Source of the DNA: a virus
Taxonomy: Duplodnaviria; Caudoviricetes
Direction: 5' to 3' (one strand)
IMG/VR virus record: IMGVR_UViG_3300030095_004938
Span: 3,695 to 67,694 of that record
DNA length: 64,000 nucleotides
Part shown: one piece after another, positions 24,531-33,141 of the stretch
Layout: each line of letters opens with the position of its first letter
How positions within the stretch are numbered: position 1 is the stretch's first letter
Notes under the pieces: model-generated
Database searches by the model: none
What the model saw: only the letters and a program-made list of their open reading frames with translations
Told to the model about the DNA's origin: nothing
Position numbers and translations under genes: made by a program

Positions 24531-24923
24531 TTACTGCGGATGGTGCCACCAGTCGCCGTTCCCGAGCGACGTCAGGACGCCCCCGTTGTTCACGGCGATG
24601 GTGGGGTTCGCACCGGCCCCGTTGATGGTGTCGCTACCGTCTCGCGTGATCGTCACTGTGTTCGTGGCGTCAGAGACGTAGTACATGATCCGCATCCCCG
24701 CCGTGGTGGCGTCGCTCGCAGGTAGCGTCAGGCCAGCGCCGGTGGTCGTCGCGTTGATGTCGAACAGGTGATCGGCCACCGTCGTGGTGACCGCGTAGGA
24801 CGTGTCCGTCACCGTGGTTAGGTTCACCCAGTGTCGGCGATCCTTCGACGTGTTCCACGTAGCGCGGAAGTCGGAGAGTTTGCCGCTGGAGGTCTGATCC
24901 GATGTGATCTCTGTGTCTACCAT
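24531..24923 (-). CDS. Tail fibre/spike-associated small protein
   Basis: LTLPASDA...VTITRDGSDTING...W motif typical of fibre tip modules. Confidence 0.65.
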   Translation of the reverse strand: MVDTEITSDQTSSGKLSDFRATWNTSKDRRHWVNLTTVTDTSYAVTTTVADHLFDINATTTGAGLTLPASDATTAGMRIMYYVSDATNTVTITRDGSDTINGAGANPTIAVNNGGVLTSLGNGDWWHHPQ

Positions 24924-24925
24924 TC

Positions 24926-26005
24926 CTACTCTGCCTGTCGAAGGGTGATCTGGTAACCGAAGGGCTCCACACGGCCATCTTCTGATCCGCTGTCCGGGGA
25001 CGGGACGCGGTGAATGGAAAGCGACGCCTGGCCGGTCTCAGCCGAAACATCCACGGTGCTGCTCGACTGGATGCGCAGGCGGATTCTGGAGCCCGAAGCG
25101 GCAACGAACCCGCCGCCGCCGTTGACGCCCTGACCGCCAGAGTTCTCGCGAGCGTAGTCCTGTCCGTACGAGTTGGGGATGATGACGTACCCCGCGCCGT
25201 CGTCGTTGGCGTCGTACTCGACCCAGCCGAAGACCCTTCCACGAGTGGTTCCGAGGCTACCATCGTCGTTGACTGGGACAGTCCAGTCCATGTGGTAGTA
25301 GCCGCCGATCGGAAGCGAGATTGAGCCGTCGACGTTCAAGGTCATGTTTCCGCTAACGACATCCTCGGTGTCGAAGGGTACGGTGGCTGCGGTGGTGGTG
25401 ATGTCCACCGAGGCCGAGTCGCTGTACGCGCCAGCGACCAGGAGAAGGCCGCCACTTCCGGACGCGCTGTTGACGTAGGAGACCCGGTAGTTGATGTAGT
25501 CGCCATCGGTGAGCGTCATTGGGGTCGTGCGCTCGACCGTCACGATGCTCGCATCTGCCGGGGAGGTGATGGCGTAAGTGTGCCCGCCGCCCTGCACTGA
25601 GTCGTTCAAGTAGCAAAGGGCGCGGAACTGAAGTTCTCGGCCATCGTCGGCGTTGTGCTTCACGTTGAAGCTGGTCGTGACGTCCACACGGATGTCGCCG
25701 AGGCCGTCGTTGTCCTGGTACCGGAGGGAGTCGGCGTTGCCGCTACCCGAGTCGTACAGGTCGAACGATGCCGAGTATGCCCCGGCGTCCAGTGTTCCGC
25801 TGGTCAGCGGGCACTTCGTCGAAGTACCAGTCAGGAAGTACGGAGACGCAGAAGAGAGGGCGTTGACGAAGACACGGTCCGTGCTGCTGCCTCCGCCGAG
25901 GTTGTCGAGGATGTACTGGATCAGCTCCTCCAGGCTTGATCCAGCTACCGAGTTCGCCATCGCGATCTCGGCAGCCTGGTGCACGTGTCTCTCCGTTCTC
26001 CCCAT
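24926..26005 (-). CDS. Tail fibre / receptor-binding protein with C1q/BclA-like jelly-roll domain(s)
   Basis: VPFDTEDVV...ISLPIGGYYHMDW...IRLRI...ASLSIHRV pattern; position after the tail tip gene. Confidence 0.6.
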   Translation of the reverse strand: MGRTERHVHQAAEIAMANSVAGSSLEELIQYILDNLGGGSSTDRVFVNALSSASPYFLTGTSTKCPLTSGTLDAGAYSASFDLYDSGSGNADSLRYQDNDGLGDIRVDVTTSFNVKHNADDGRELQFRALCYLNDSVQGGGHTYAITSPADASIVTVERTTPMTLTDGDYINYRVSYVNSASGSGGLLLVAGAYSDSASVDITTTAATVPFDTEDVVSGNMTLNVDGSISLPIGGYYHMDWTVPVNDDGSLGTTRGRVFGWVEYDANDDGAGYVIIPNSYGQDYARENSGGQGVNGGGGFVAASGSRIRLRIQSSSTVDVSAETGQASLSIHRVPSPDSGSEDGRVEPFGYQITLRQAE

Positions 26006-26006
26006 C

Positions 26007-26417
26007 CTAGAAGGTGATGTCGGTCTGGAAGCGACGCACGCAGTGGCCGATCACGGTGAGCTTGTTGTCGTCACCGACGCCAACGTAGGCGCCGACAACG
26101 TAGTTCTGCCCGGTGGCCCTAACCCGGTGACCGCTCATAATCTGAACCGTGGCGTATCTGGGGATCGAGAAGACCATCTCTGAGGCAGTGCATGCGGCGG
26201 CGTTGGCGTCGTCGGCAGGACACACGTTGAACGTGACATCGACAGTCGCCGACGTATTGTTGTGGCACTCGATCCACACGGCGTCGACCACGTCTTGCGA
26301 CGTGATGTTGTGGATTTCGTCAGCTAGGGTCTGAGTGGTGCTGCCGATTCGTATCGGGCGGCCATCGGCGCTGCCGCTCAGCCTGTCTGTCAGCACTTCT
26401 CCGGGTCTTTCAGCCAT
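26007..26417 (-). CDS. Putative tail-associated structural protein
   Basis: Beta-rich 136-aa ORF, TAATG-coupled to the tail tip gene. Confidence 0.6.
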   Translation of the reverse strand: MAERPGEVLTDRLSGSADGRPIRIGSTTQTLADEIHNITSQDVVDAVWIECHNNTSATVDVTFNVCPADDANAAACTASEMVFSIPRYATVQIMSGHRVRATGQNYVVGAYVGVGDDNKLTVIGHCVRRFQTDITF

Positions 26418-29400
26418 TAGAGGATCTCCTGGTCAAGTCCGCGACGCTCTGGGGTGGCCTGCTCGATGCTAAGGCCCGGCGCCGTGATTCGAGTATGCAG
26501 CTTCTTCAACCTCATGTCGAAGCCTGTGTCGGGTCGTGTCGCGCGCAGCCGGAAGCGTACGTCAACAAGGCTGTAGAGCCCAGGCTGGTATCTCCGGAAC
26601 CCGCTCCATCCGTCAGAGGTCCCGTCTTCGTTGATCGAGACTTCCATCAACAGGCTCACCTCGCCGTTGCTCGGAAGCGGCGAGGTCGGACCTTCCCAGG
26701 TCCACGTGCTGTACACGTCGTCGGACCACGAGCCGACAGCGTACTCCCACGTCAGGCTGTGGACCTGCTCGGCCTCCCAGTACGCCTCGACGTAGCACAT
26801 CCGGTTCTCCCGTCCAGAATTGCCGGAGAGGGGGATGATGCGAGAGCTGGTCGACTCCCACACAGTCTTCGGGCTGGTCGTCTCTGTGGACGCGGGGTCC
26901 CAGTGAACATACCCATCGCCGTCCTCCGCGAACTCAGGCCCGAGAACCGGGTCGCCCGCCACGGGGACGTCTTTGATCCACCCCGACCCGCTCCCCTCGT
27001 CCTGCGCGTAGGTCTCCCATCGGCGGGTCTGGTCCGTGAGGTCCGGAACCTTATCTGAGTCGACGTAGGGCGACGGCTCGTACTCGACGACTAGCGGGTC
27101 CGAGTATTGCCCGCCCTCGTGAAGCGCGCAGAAGTAGAGCTTCGGCGTGGTGTAGTCCGATCCAACCCAGTCCCTGTTGCGGCCCCAGTTGAGCGAGCCC
27201 GGCGACGACGTGAACACACGGTACCCGAGCACCCATCCGCCACGCCTGCACTCGACGCTGAGCTGCGTGTCGTCAGGCGGGAGATCCCAGTCGTAGCGAG
27301 CGTAGCCAGCCTGTTCGCGTGCTTCAGCGAACGTTAGCGCGGAAGGCGGGGTAGACATCCCGAGGATGTAGATGCGACGGCGTGCGCATCTCTCGATCGA
27401 ACGCGACATGCCAAACCGAGTCACTGGCTGAACGGCGACCTCGACGTACTGGCCGGGAGCCCCGAACAGGCAGGCGCAGTCCGCGAACCTGTCGCCAGGC
27501 GCGGAGGTGCCCATGAGCTGCCAGCGCGCGCTCTCGCTGTCGATGGGCCGTCCCCAGATTCGGTACTCCTGGAGGACTATCAGGTCCTCTTTCACCGGGT
27601 CCCAGTTGACCTTGATGTGCGAGGTCCAGGAGCCGTTCGCGGTCTTCACGTTCCAGTCGTCAACGCCCGTGATCGTCGGGTTGCTCGGCGGCCTTAGCTG
27701 CCCCTGACCAGAGTCGACACCGCCGGACGCGCCGCCGTGGCCGTCGTTCGAGATCTCGATGATCTGGCCGTCGTCGGAGCGGTCGCTGTAGATGTCCTCG
27801 TTGTACTCGACGAACTCCACCTTGCTGACGAGCCCAGGCCCGAGAGTCATCGAAGTGATCTCAACGACCAACTCGTCGCCTGTGGTCACCGCCATGTACG
27901 GGTCGTGCCTGCCGGGCTCGAAGCCGAGGCCGAACGCGACGTTCGTGAAGAGCGTCTCGCCAGGGCCGAACGTGCCGACCTGACCGTCGATGAGCGGCTG
28001 ACTCTGCATCTCGTCGTTGCGGTCCTGGACGTACAGCGTGTCCGAGTCGGCAACAGTTAGCTCGCGGTCGATCGTGACGCCACGACGGGCCAGGCCAGCG
28101 TTGAACAGCGGGTGCTTGCCTTCGCACAGGGCAGCGTTCGAGACAAAGCACGAGCCTTCGGCGCTCTGGGTGAACCCGTCCGCACCAGGAGCGGGGTAGA
28201 TACCCACACGGATTGCGCTTGCGGCCAGGCCAGGTGAGTAGCGGAACCAGATGGTTAGGAAGTAGTCCGTCCCGTCGATGTTGGTGATCGTTGCGCCGCC
28301 ATCGACCTCCTTGTTCTCCAGCTCGATCTCTCCGCTGCTGAGGTTGAACAGAGCCCAGTAGCGCAGCCCGCCAGAGCCTGTGTCGAGAAGCTCCGCACGG
28401 ATCAGGCCGTTGCCCGTGTCGTTCGACGCGACAAACGAGAAGCAGTAGACGCCGGGCGGGAAGCCAGCAGCGGTCGACTGGTTGACGTACCCAACAGTTC
28501 CGCTCTGCGCGTCCTCCAGCTTGTACCTTGTGGAACCGAAGACGTCCGTGCCGCTGGAAACCACGGTCTCAAGACCACCCGCGATGTTCCACGACCCTCC
28601 AGTCAGGTCGTCGCCATCGCCGATGATCGACTGCGTACCAGGGGGCGCGTTCAGTGCGTAGCCGCCCTGTCCACGGGGGAGCAGGTCGCTCGACAGGCGC
28701 ACGGTGTCGCCGACCTGTAGAGACAGCGCGCTGGGGCCGATGCTGAACTCGCCGGTGCGGATGAGCAGGCGGTTGGCGTTCGCCTGGAAGTTGCCCTCCC
28801 TGGAAGCCTGCCCGTAGTTCGTGACACCGAACAGCTCGCGCTGGTCGCGGCGGATCTCGTTGAGGTCGGACGGGTTCACCACGCTGTCGTCGATGACCGT
28901 CGCAGTGTCCTGCTCGAACAGCCTGTCTCGGTTGAGGAAGAGGAAGTCGAAGCTGTTGAACCGCTCCTTCCTGTCGGTGTAGCTGATCTTGAAGCTGCCC
29001 GCCTGGATGGCAGAGTTCGTGATCAGCGCCACGGGGGTCTGCGGGTGGCTGTACCGGAAGCGGATGAGGTTGCCCTCCTTCACCGGCGCGGCACGACACA
29101 CCGAGAGCAGCTCGCCGAGCGCGTCCCACGCACCGCGCGCTGTGTCGTAGACGCCGTTGAACTCGAATCGCGCACCGGCGCCCTCGACGATCCAGCCTGC
29201 GGGCAGCTTGTTGTCGGCGTCTCCAGTGCCGTCGCCCATCGAGCCGGTGAGAGTCAGGTCGTCATCGTTCTGCCCCGTCCACCAGCTACCGACGGCGATC
29301 TCGCCGGGCTCCACAGCGAAGCACTTGATGACGTGGTATCCGGGCGCGTAAGCAACCGTCGCTCCAGGGTGAGCGGTGCCCAACGTGTCCACGCCGATGC

Positions 29401-32092
29401 TGTAGATCTCGTACCCACCGACGCCAGCGGGGGCGGAGTCCTCTGGCGTGTTCCCGTTGTAGTTGATGCCGGGGGTGGCGTCGTCGGGGAGGTTGCGCAG
29501 CCTGATGTAGTGGCCGGGCACCCACTCCTTCGGCAGTGATCCGTTGATCGTATCGCCGGTCGTCTGGTCGCGGTAGACGACGTGGATGGTGATCAGGCCA
29601 CGGATCTGGCCGCTGACCGGGTCGACGAAGTTCGGGTCGTACCAGATGTTCTCGCAGATCGCGTTGTCAGCCGTGCCGGTTGAGACGAGGGGCTTCGTGC
29701 CGTCGTAGACGATCTCGTCACAGTAGTCGGCGAGCGCCTTCGTCTCCGCGAGGTCGACGCGGTAGTCACCGGGGAGCTTGTAGAGGTTGTTCCCCTGCAC
29801 GATCGAGGCGGCGTGCCACGCAGGGTTCGCCGTGTACTCCGTCGAGTAGCTCGGGTTGTCCGTGCTGACGCCGTCCCAGATCGGAACCTTCAGGCACTCG
29901 TTGATGGCGCTCGACTGCGGGATGCGACCCCCGAGCTGCTCTGTGGCCTCGATGCGGAAGGCCATCAGCGCGTGGTTCGGGTAGATCAGTCCAGCGTAGG
30001 TGACGCCTTGCACCTCGACCCACTCCATGTCGTCCCTGGTCCTCGTGCTCGTCGAGTCCACGTTGGTTCGGACGATCTGGATGCGGGCCTTCATCTTTTT
30101 GACCTCGCCCGGCTCGACCGTGTCGACGATGCCGTCGCCGGCCAGAAGCGTGCCGCCGTTGGTCGTGATGTCGAGCGAGCCCCACCAGGGGTCAGGATCT
30201 CCGACCACAGGAGAGGCCGTGTTCGTGTCGGGGTCGGTCTCGATCAGCCACTCGCTGTTGATCTGCGGAACCGAGATGCCGCCGATCGAAGCGCCGACGC
30301 CTTCCTGGTAGAGCGCGACGACCTGAGACCCAGACAGGTTCGTGTTGAAGATCCTGACCGCGTCGACCAGCACGGTGTCACCCGTGTTCGTGCACATGAA
30401 GTCCGCCTGCGTGTGGTTGCGACCGATGCACAGCGGCGTGTCCGACCATGTCGGCGGAATCGGGGACAGATCTACGTTCTTCGCCAGGACACCGTTGATG
30501 TAGATCCTGTTCCGGCGAACGAGGTCGTCCGTGATGAACCACTCGCAGTAGATGTGGTTCCAGTTCCCTAGCTCGAACGACTGGCTGAAGTTCTCCTCCG
30601 TGTCGACCTGTCCGGTCTGCGACCAGATCTTCCAGACGACGGAGATGAAGACATCCGTCGGGTTGTTGATGGAAGCCTGCGACTCCAGGTAGACGGTCCA
30701 TCCGTTCGTTGCCGAGTTCGACGTGGAGGCGTCCTCGCTACCGATAAGGTAGATCCTGCGGCTCACGCCAGCAGCGATGGCGGGGTCGTTCTCCAGCTTG
30801 GCCCACAGCGACACGCCGATGCCGCGCGTGGACGAGCCGGGCGGGTACTGTTCGCCAGCGGATAGCGGGTTCGACACGTCGACCGCCGCCTGCATCCGAT
30901 CGGACTGGTCGGAGACGAAGCTGGCCGCGCTTCCACTCGCGCCAATCGCTGACGTCTGCGGGTCACGCAAGGGGACCTTGATCTCGAAGTCGAACTGACC
31001 CTGCTGCGCGAAGACAGGGAAGCCGATGCCCATGTTCGGGGGCTCCCTGTACCAGCCGTCGTTGTTGTCGCCGCCGGTCGTGATCGGCAGGTTGCTCCCG
31101 TCAAGCTCCTGATATCGGATGGCGTACTTGAACGGCGCGCTGGTGATCTCTCCGTTGGCGTTCGAGGAGTAGTACCCTCCAGACGGGCGAAGCCGAAGCA
31201 CCAGCTCGTCATACGCAGTCGTCACGTCGTAGGTGCGAGCGTACTCGTCCCAGTGCGGGTCGGTCGACGTGTCGGCCCAGTCGTAGGTGCCCTGGTCCCA
31301 GAGCACGGCGTCAGCGTCAACGCTGGCACCGGCAACCTCCTCCGAGGTCAACGCGAACGGACCCACAGCTTCCGGCACGACGAGCTGCTCGAAGCCAGCG
31401 ATGGGCTCCTGCTCGTTGTTGCCGAGCCTGACCTGAACGTAGACGTCGTCGTAGTTCTCGATCGGGTTCTCGTTGATGAAGATCTTGCCAGCGAAGTCAG
31501 CACCAGGCAGCTCAGTGTTCGGCGGCGTGTCTTCAGTCTGGCCCGCGACCGACTGGAACGGCCCCCAGCCGAACGACACGAGCTGGTACAGCGTCGAGGT
31601 CACGGGGCTGTAGGTCGACCGGATGTACTCGCCGATGATCGTGCCGCCAGTCCGCATCTCCCCGAACGCAACCTCGACCGGGCCGTGCTCAGTTCGGTTC
31701 TGGCTGATGCCCTGGAAGTTGTAGGTCGGGCTCGACTCGTCGTCCCTCGCCCGCGTCGGCTTGGGCGGCGGGAAGAGCAGGCTGATCACGAAGCCGACCG
31801 CAGCCGCGACGGCGGTCTGGATCAGGGTGATCAGGACGATCTGGCCGACCGTCAGCTCGCCGATGCCCTGCGGGACGGCTGTGACCACGACGCCGCAGTC
31901 CCTCTCCAGGGGATCGCACCACATCTCGCGCTCGACACGGTTGCCGTCGACCCACACCGCCGTGTGCTCGCTGCTGCGCAGCGGCTCGTCCAGCGCGTCC
32001 ACGATGTCGCGAACGCACGACGCCTCCATCGAGACCCGCTCGCGGCCAGCGAGCTTGAAGGGGTTCTTGGACGCGAGGACTTCAGCTCTCAT
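26417..32092 (-). CDS. Tail tip/hub protein (lambda gpI+gpJ-like fusion) with LamG and CBM-like insertions
   Basis: N-terminal ubiquitin-like plus hydrophobic gpI region; PVEVAFGEMRTGGTII; IYPNHALMA; NPAWHA; FEFNGVYD; FGVTNYGQASR gpJ-like motifs. Confidence 0.88.
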   Translation of the reverse strand: MRAEVLASKNPFKLAGRERVSMEASCVRDIVDALDEPLRSSEHTAVWVDGNRVEREMWCDPLERDCGVVVTAVPQGIGELTVGQIVLITLIQTAVAAAVGFVISLLFPPPKPTRARDDESSPTYNFQGISQNRTEHGPVEVAFGEMRTGGTIIGEYIRSTYSPVTSTLYQLVSFGWGPFQSVAGQTEDTPPNTELPGADFAGKIFINENPIENYDDVYVQVRLGNNEQEPIAGFEQLVVPEAVGPFALTSEEVAGASVDADAVLWDQGTYDWADTSTDPHWDEYARTYDVTTAYDELVLRLRPSGGYYSSNANGEITSAPFKYAIRYQELDGSNLPITTGGDNNDGWYREPPNMGIGFPVFAQQGQFDFEIKVPLRDPQTSAIGASGSAASFVSDQSDRMQAAVDVSNPLSAGEQYPPGSSTRGIGVSLWAKLENDPAIAAGVSRRIYLIGSEDASTSNSATNGWTVYLESQASINNPTDVFISVVWKIWSQTGQVDTEENFSQSFELGNWNHIYCEWFITDDLVRRNRIYINGVLAKNVDLSPIPPTWSDTPLCIGRNHTQADFMCTNTGDTVLVDAVRIFNTNLSGSQVVALYQEGVGASIGGISVPQINSEWLIETDPDTNTASPVVGDPDPWWGSLDITTNGGTLLAGDGIVDTVEPGEVKKMKARIQIVRTNVDSTSTRTRDDMEWVEVQGVTYAGLIYPNHALMAFRIEATEQLGGRIPQSSAINECLKVPIWDGVSTDNPSYSTEYTANPAWHAASIVQGNNLYKLPGDYRVDLAETKALADYCDEIVYDGTKPLVSTGTADNAICENIWYDPNFVDPVSGQIRGLITIHVVYRDQTTGDTINGSLPKEWVPGHYIRLRNLPDDATPGINYNGNTPEDSAPAGVGGYEIYSIGVDTLGTAHPGATVAYAPGYHVIKCFAVEPGEIAVGSWWTGQNDDDLTLTGSMGDGTGDADNKLPAGWIVEGAGARFEFNGVYDTARGAWDALGELLSVCRAAPVKEGNLIRFRYSHPQTPVALITNSAIQAGSFKISYTDRKERFNSFDFLFLNRDRLFEQDTATVIDDSVVNPSDLNEIRRDQRELFGVTNYGQASREGNFQANANRLLIRTGEFSIGPSALSLQVGDTVRLSSDLLPRGQGGYALNAPPGTQSIIGDGDDLTGGSWNIAGGLETVVSSGTDVFGSTRYKLEDAQSGTVGYVNQSTAAGFPPGVYCFSFVASNDTGNGLIRAELLDTGSGGLRYWALFNLSSGEIELENKEVDGGATITNIDGTDYFLTIWFRYSPGLAASAIRVGIYPAPGADGFTQSAEGSCFVSNAALCEGKHPLFNAGLARRGVTIDRELTVADSDTLYVQDRNDEMQSQPLIDGQVGTFGPGETLFTNVAFGLGFEPGRHDPYMAVTTGDELVVEITSMTLGPGLVSKVEFVEYNEDIYSDRSDDGQIIEISNDGHGGASGGVDSGQGQLRPPSNPTITGVDDWNVKTANGSWTSHIKVNWDPVKEDLIVLQEYRIWGRPIDSESARWQLMGTSAPGDRFADCACLFGAPGQYVEVAVQPVTRFGMSRSIERCARRRIYILGMSTPPSALTFAEAREQAGYARYDWDLPPDDTQLSVECRRGGWVLGYRVFTSSPGSLNWGRNRDWVGSDYTTPKLYFCALHEGGQYSDPLVVEYEPSPYVDSDKVPDLTDQTRRWETYAQDEGSGSGWIKDVPVAGDPVLGPEFAEDGDGYVHWDPASTETTSPKTVWESTSSRIIPLSGNSGRENRMCYVEAYWEAEQVHSLTWEYAVGSWSDDVYSTWTWEGPTSPLPSNGEVSLLMEVSINEDGTSDGWSGFRRYQPGLYSLVDVRFRLRATRPDTGFDMRLKKLHTRITAPGLSIEQATPERRGLDQEIL

Positions 32093-32447
32093 AGCGGTAG
32101 ACTCCGACCCTGCCCCGGATCTTCGTGATGCGGGTGATGAAGACGCCGTGGTGCCTCGACGAGGAGATCACTCGCTCGCGCGTGGGCTCGCAGACCGCCG
32201 AGACGTGCATGAGCCCGTCCGGCTCCTCGGAGATCAGGATGTCGCCCACCTGGAGCGGCTCGCCGTTCCCCAGCTCCCTCCAGGCTGCCTGTGGAGCCCC
32301 CTGCGAGCAGCAATCCACCAGCGACTCCGCAGCCCCGTGCATCCCCGCGCGCCGCAGCAGGGCCGTTGAGGCGGCCAGGCAGTCCGATTCCGGCACCGAC
32401 CAGGGCTGGCCGATCAGGTCGCTACAGTCGATGGAGGTTCTAGCCAC
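32082..32447 (-). CDS. Tail assembly protein, NlpC/P60 (gpK-like)
   Basis: LIGQPW...DC...GDIL...HVSAV...VISS; GTG 32447; lies between gpL-like and gpJ-like genes. Confidence 0.75.
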   Translation of the reverse strand: MARTSIDCSDLIGQPWSVPESDCLAASTALLRRAGMHGAAESLVDCCSQGAPQAAWRELGNGEPLQVGDILISEEPDGLMHVSAVCEPTRERVISSSRHHGVFITRITKIRGRVGVYRYES

Positions 32448-33141
32448 GCGGGATTCCCGGCTCGCCGCCGAAACGCGCGGGGTGCTTGCGCGTGAGCGAG
32501 TTCGCCTCTTCATCATCCCCAACGAGAGTGCAGGCAGCAAGGCTGAAGGGCCGCGCCACCTCGACCCCGTCTGTGGTCACGCCGCACTTCGAGTAGCCCG
32601 CCGAGGAATTGAACGTATTGTAGCCACACTGCTGGCTGCCGAAGGCCCACTTGCACGAGAAGCGGGAGTAGATCAGTTGCGGGAAACGAGCCTGGAAAAG
32701 CTCCGTCCCGGCCACAGTGAAGCGCATCCCCTCGTGGGTGAGCATCATGTCCGCCACCTTCGCGGTCTCGTCGATGATGGCCTCGCCGGAGTCCAGGTCC
32801 AGCGTGGACACCGCGATCACTCTGATCGGGTTGCCCACAAACCCATCGCTCGGGTCGATAACGAGTGGGCTGATCGGCCCGCTGTTCCCGATGGCGATCT
32901 CCAGCGTAGGCAGGTCTCCCTCGCTGGTCTCTTCGAGGTTGCCGAGAACCATCGGCACGGGGTAGTAGATGAACGCCTCGCCGTTGGAATCCGAGCCCCA
33001 GTAGAGGCGCTTGTCGAAGTTCGTCAGCCGGTATCGTCGCGGAGGGTCCTGACTGTCCTGAATCTCCACAAGGAAGATGAACGGCGCGTTGGCGACGAGC
33101 TGGTTCTTGTGCAGCGTCGCGATGTTGGTGAGGCTTCTCAT
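32440..33141 (-). CDS. Minor tail protein, gpL-like
   Basis: FLVEI...YRLTN...YYPVP, C-terminal CKWAFGSQQCGY...C...C...FGGEPGIP iron-sulfur-type Cys pattern. Confidence 0.85.
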   Translation of the reverse strand: MRSLTNIATLHKNQLVANAPFIFLVEIQDSQDPPRRYRLTNFDKRLYWGSDSNGEAFIYYPVPMVLGNLEETSEGDLPTLEIAIGNSGPISPLVIDPSDGFVGNPIRVIAVSTLDLDSGEAIIDETAKVADMMLTHEGMRFTVAGTELFQARFPQLIYSRFSCKWAFGSQQCGYNTFNSSAGYSKCGVTTDGVEVARPFSLAACTLVGDDEEANSLTRKHPARFGGEPGIPRG

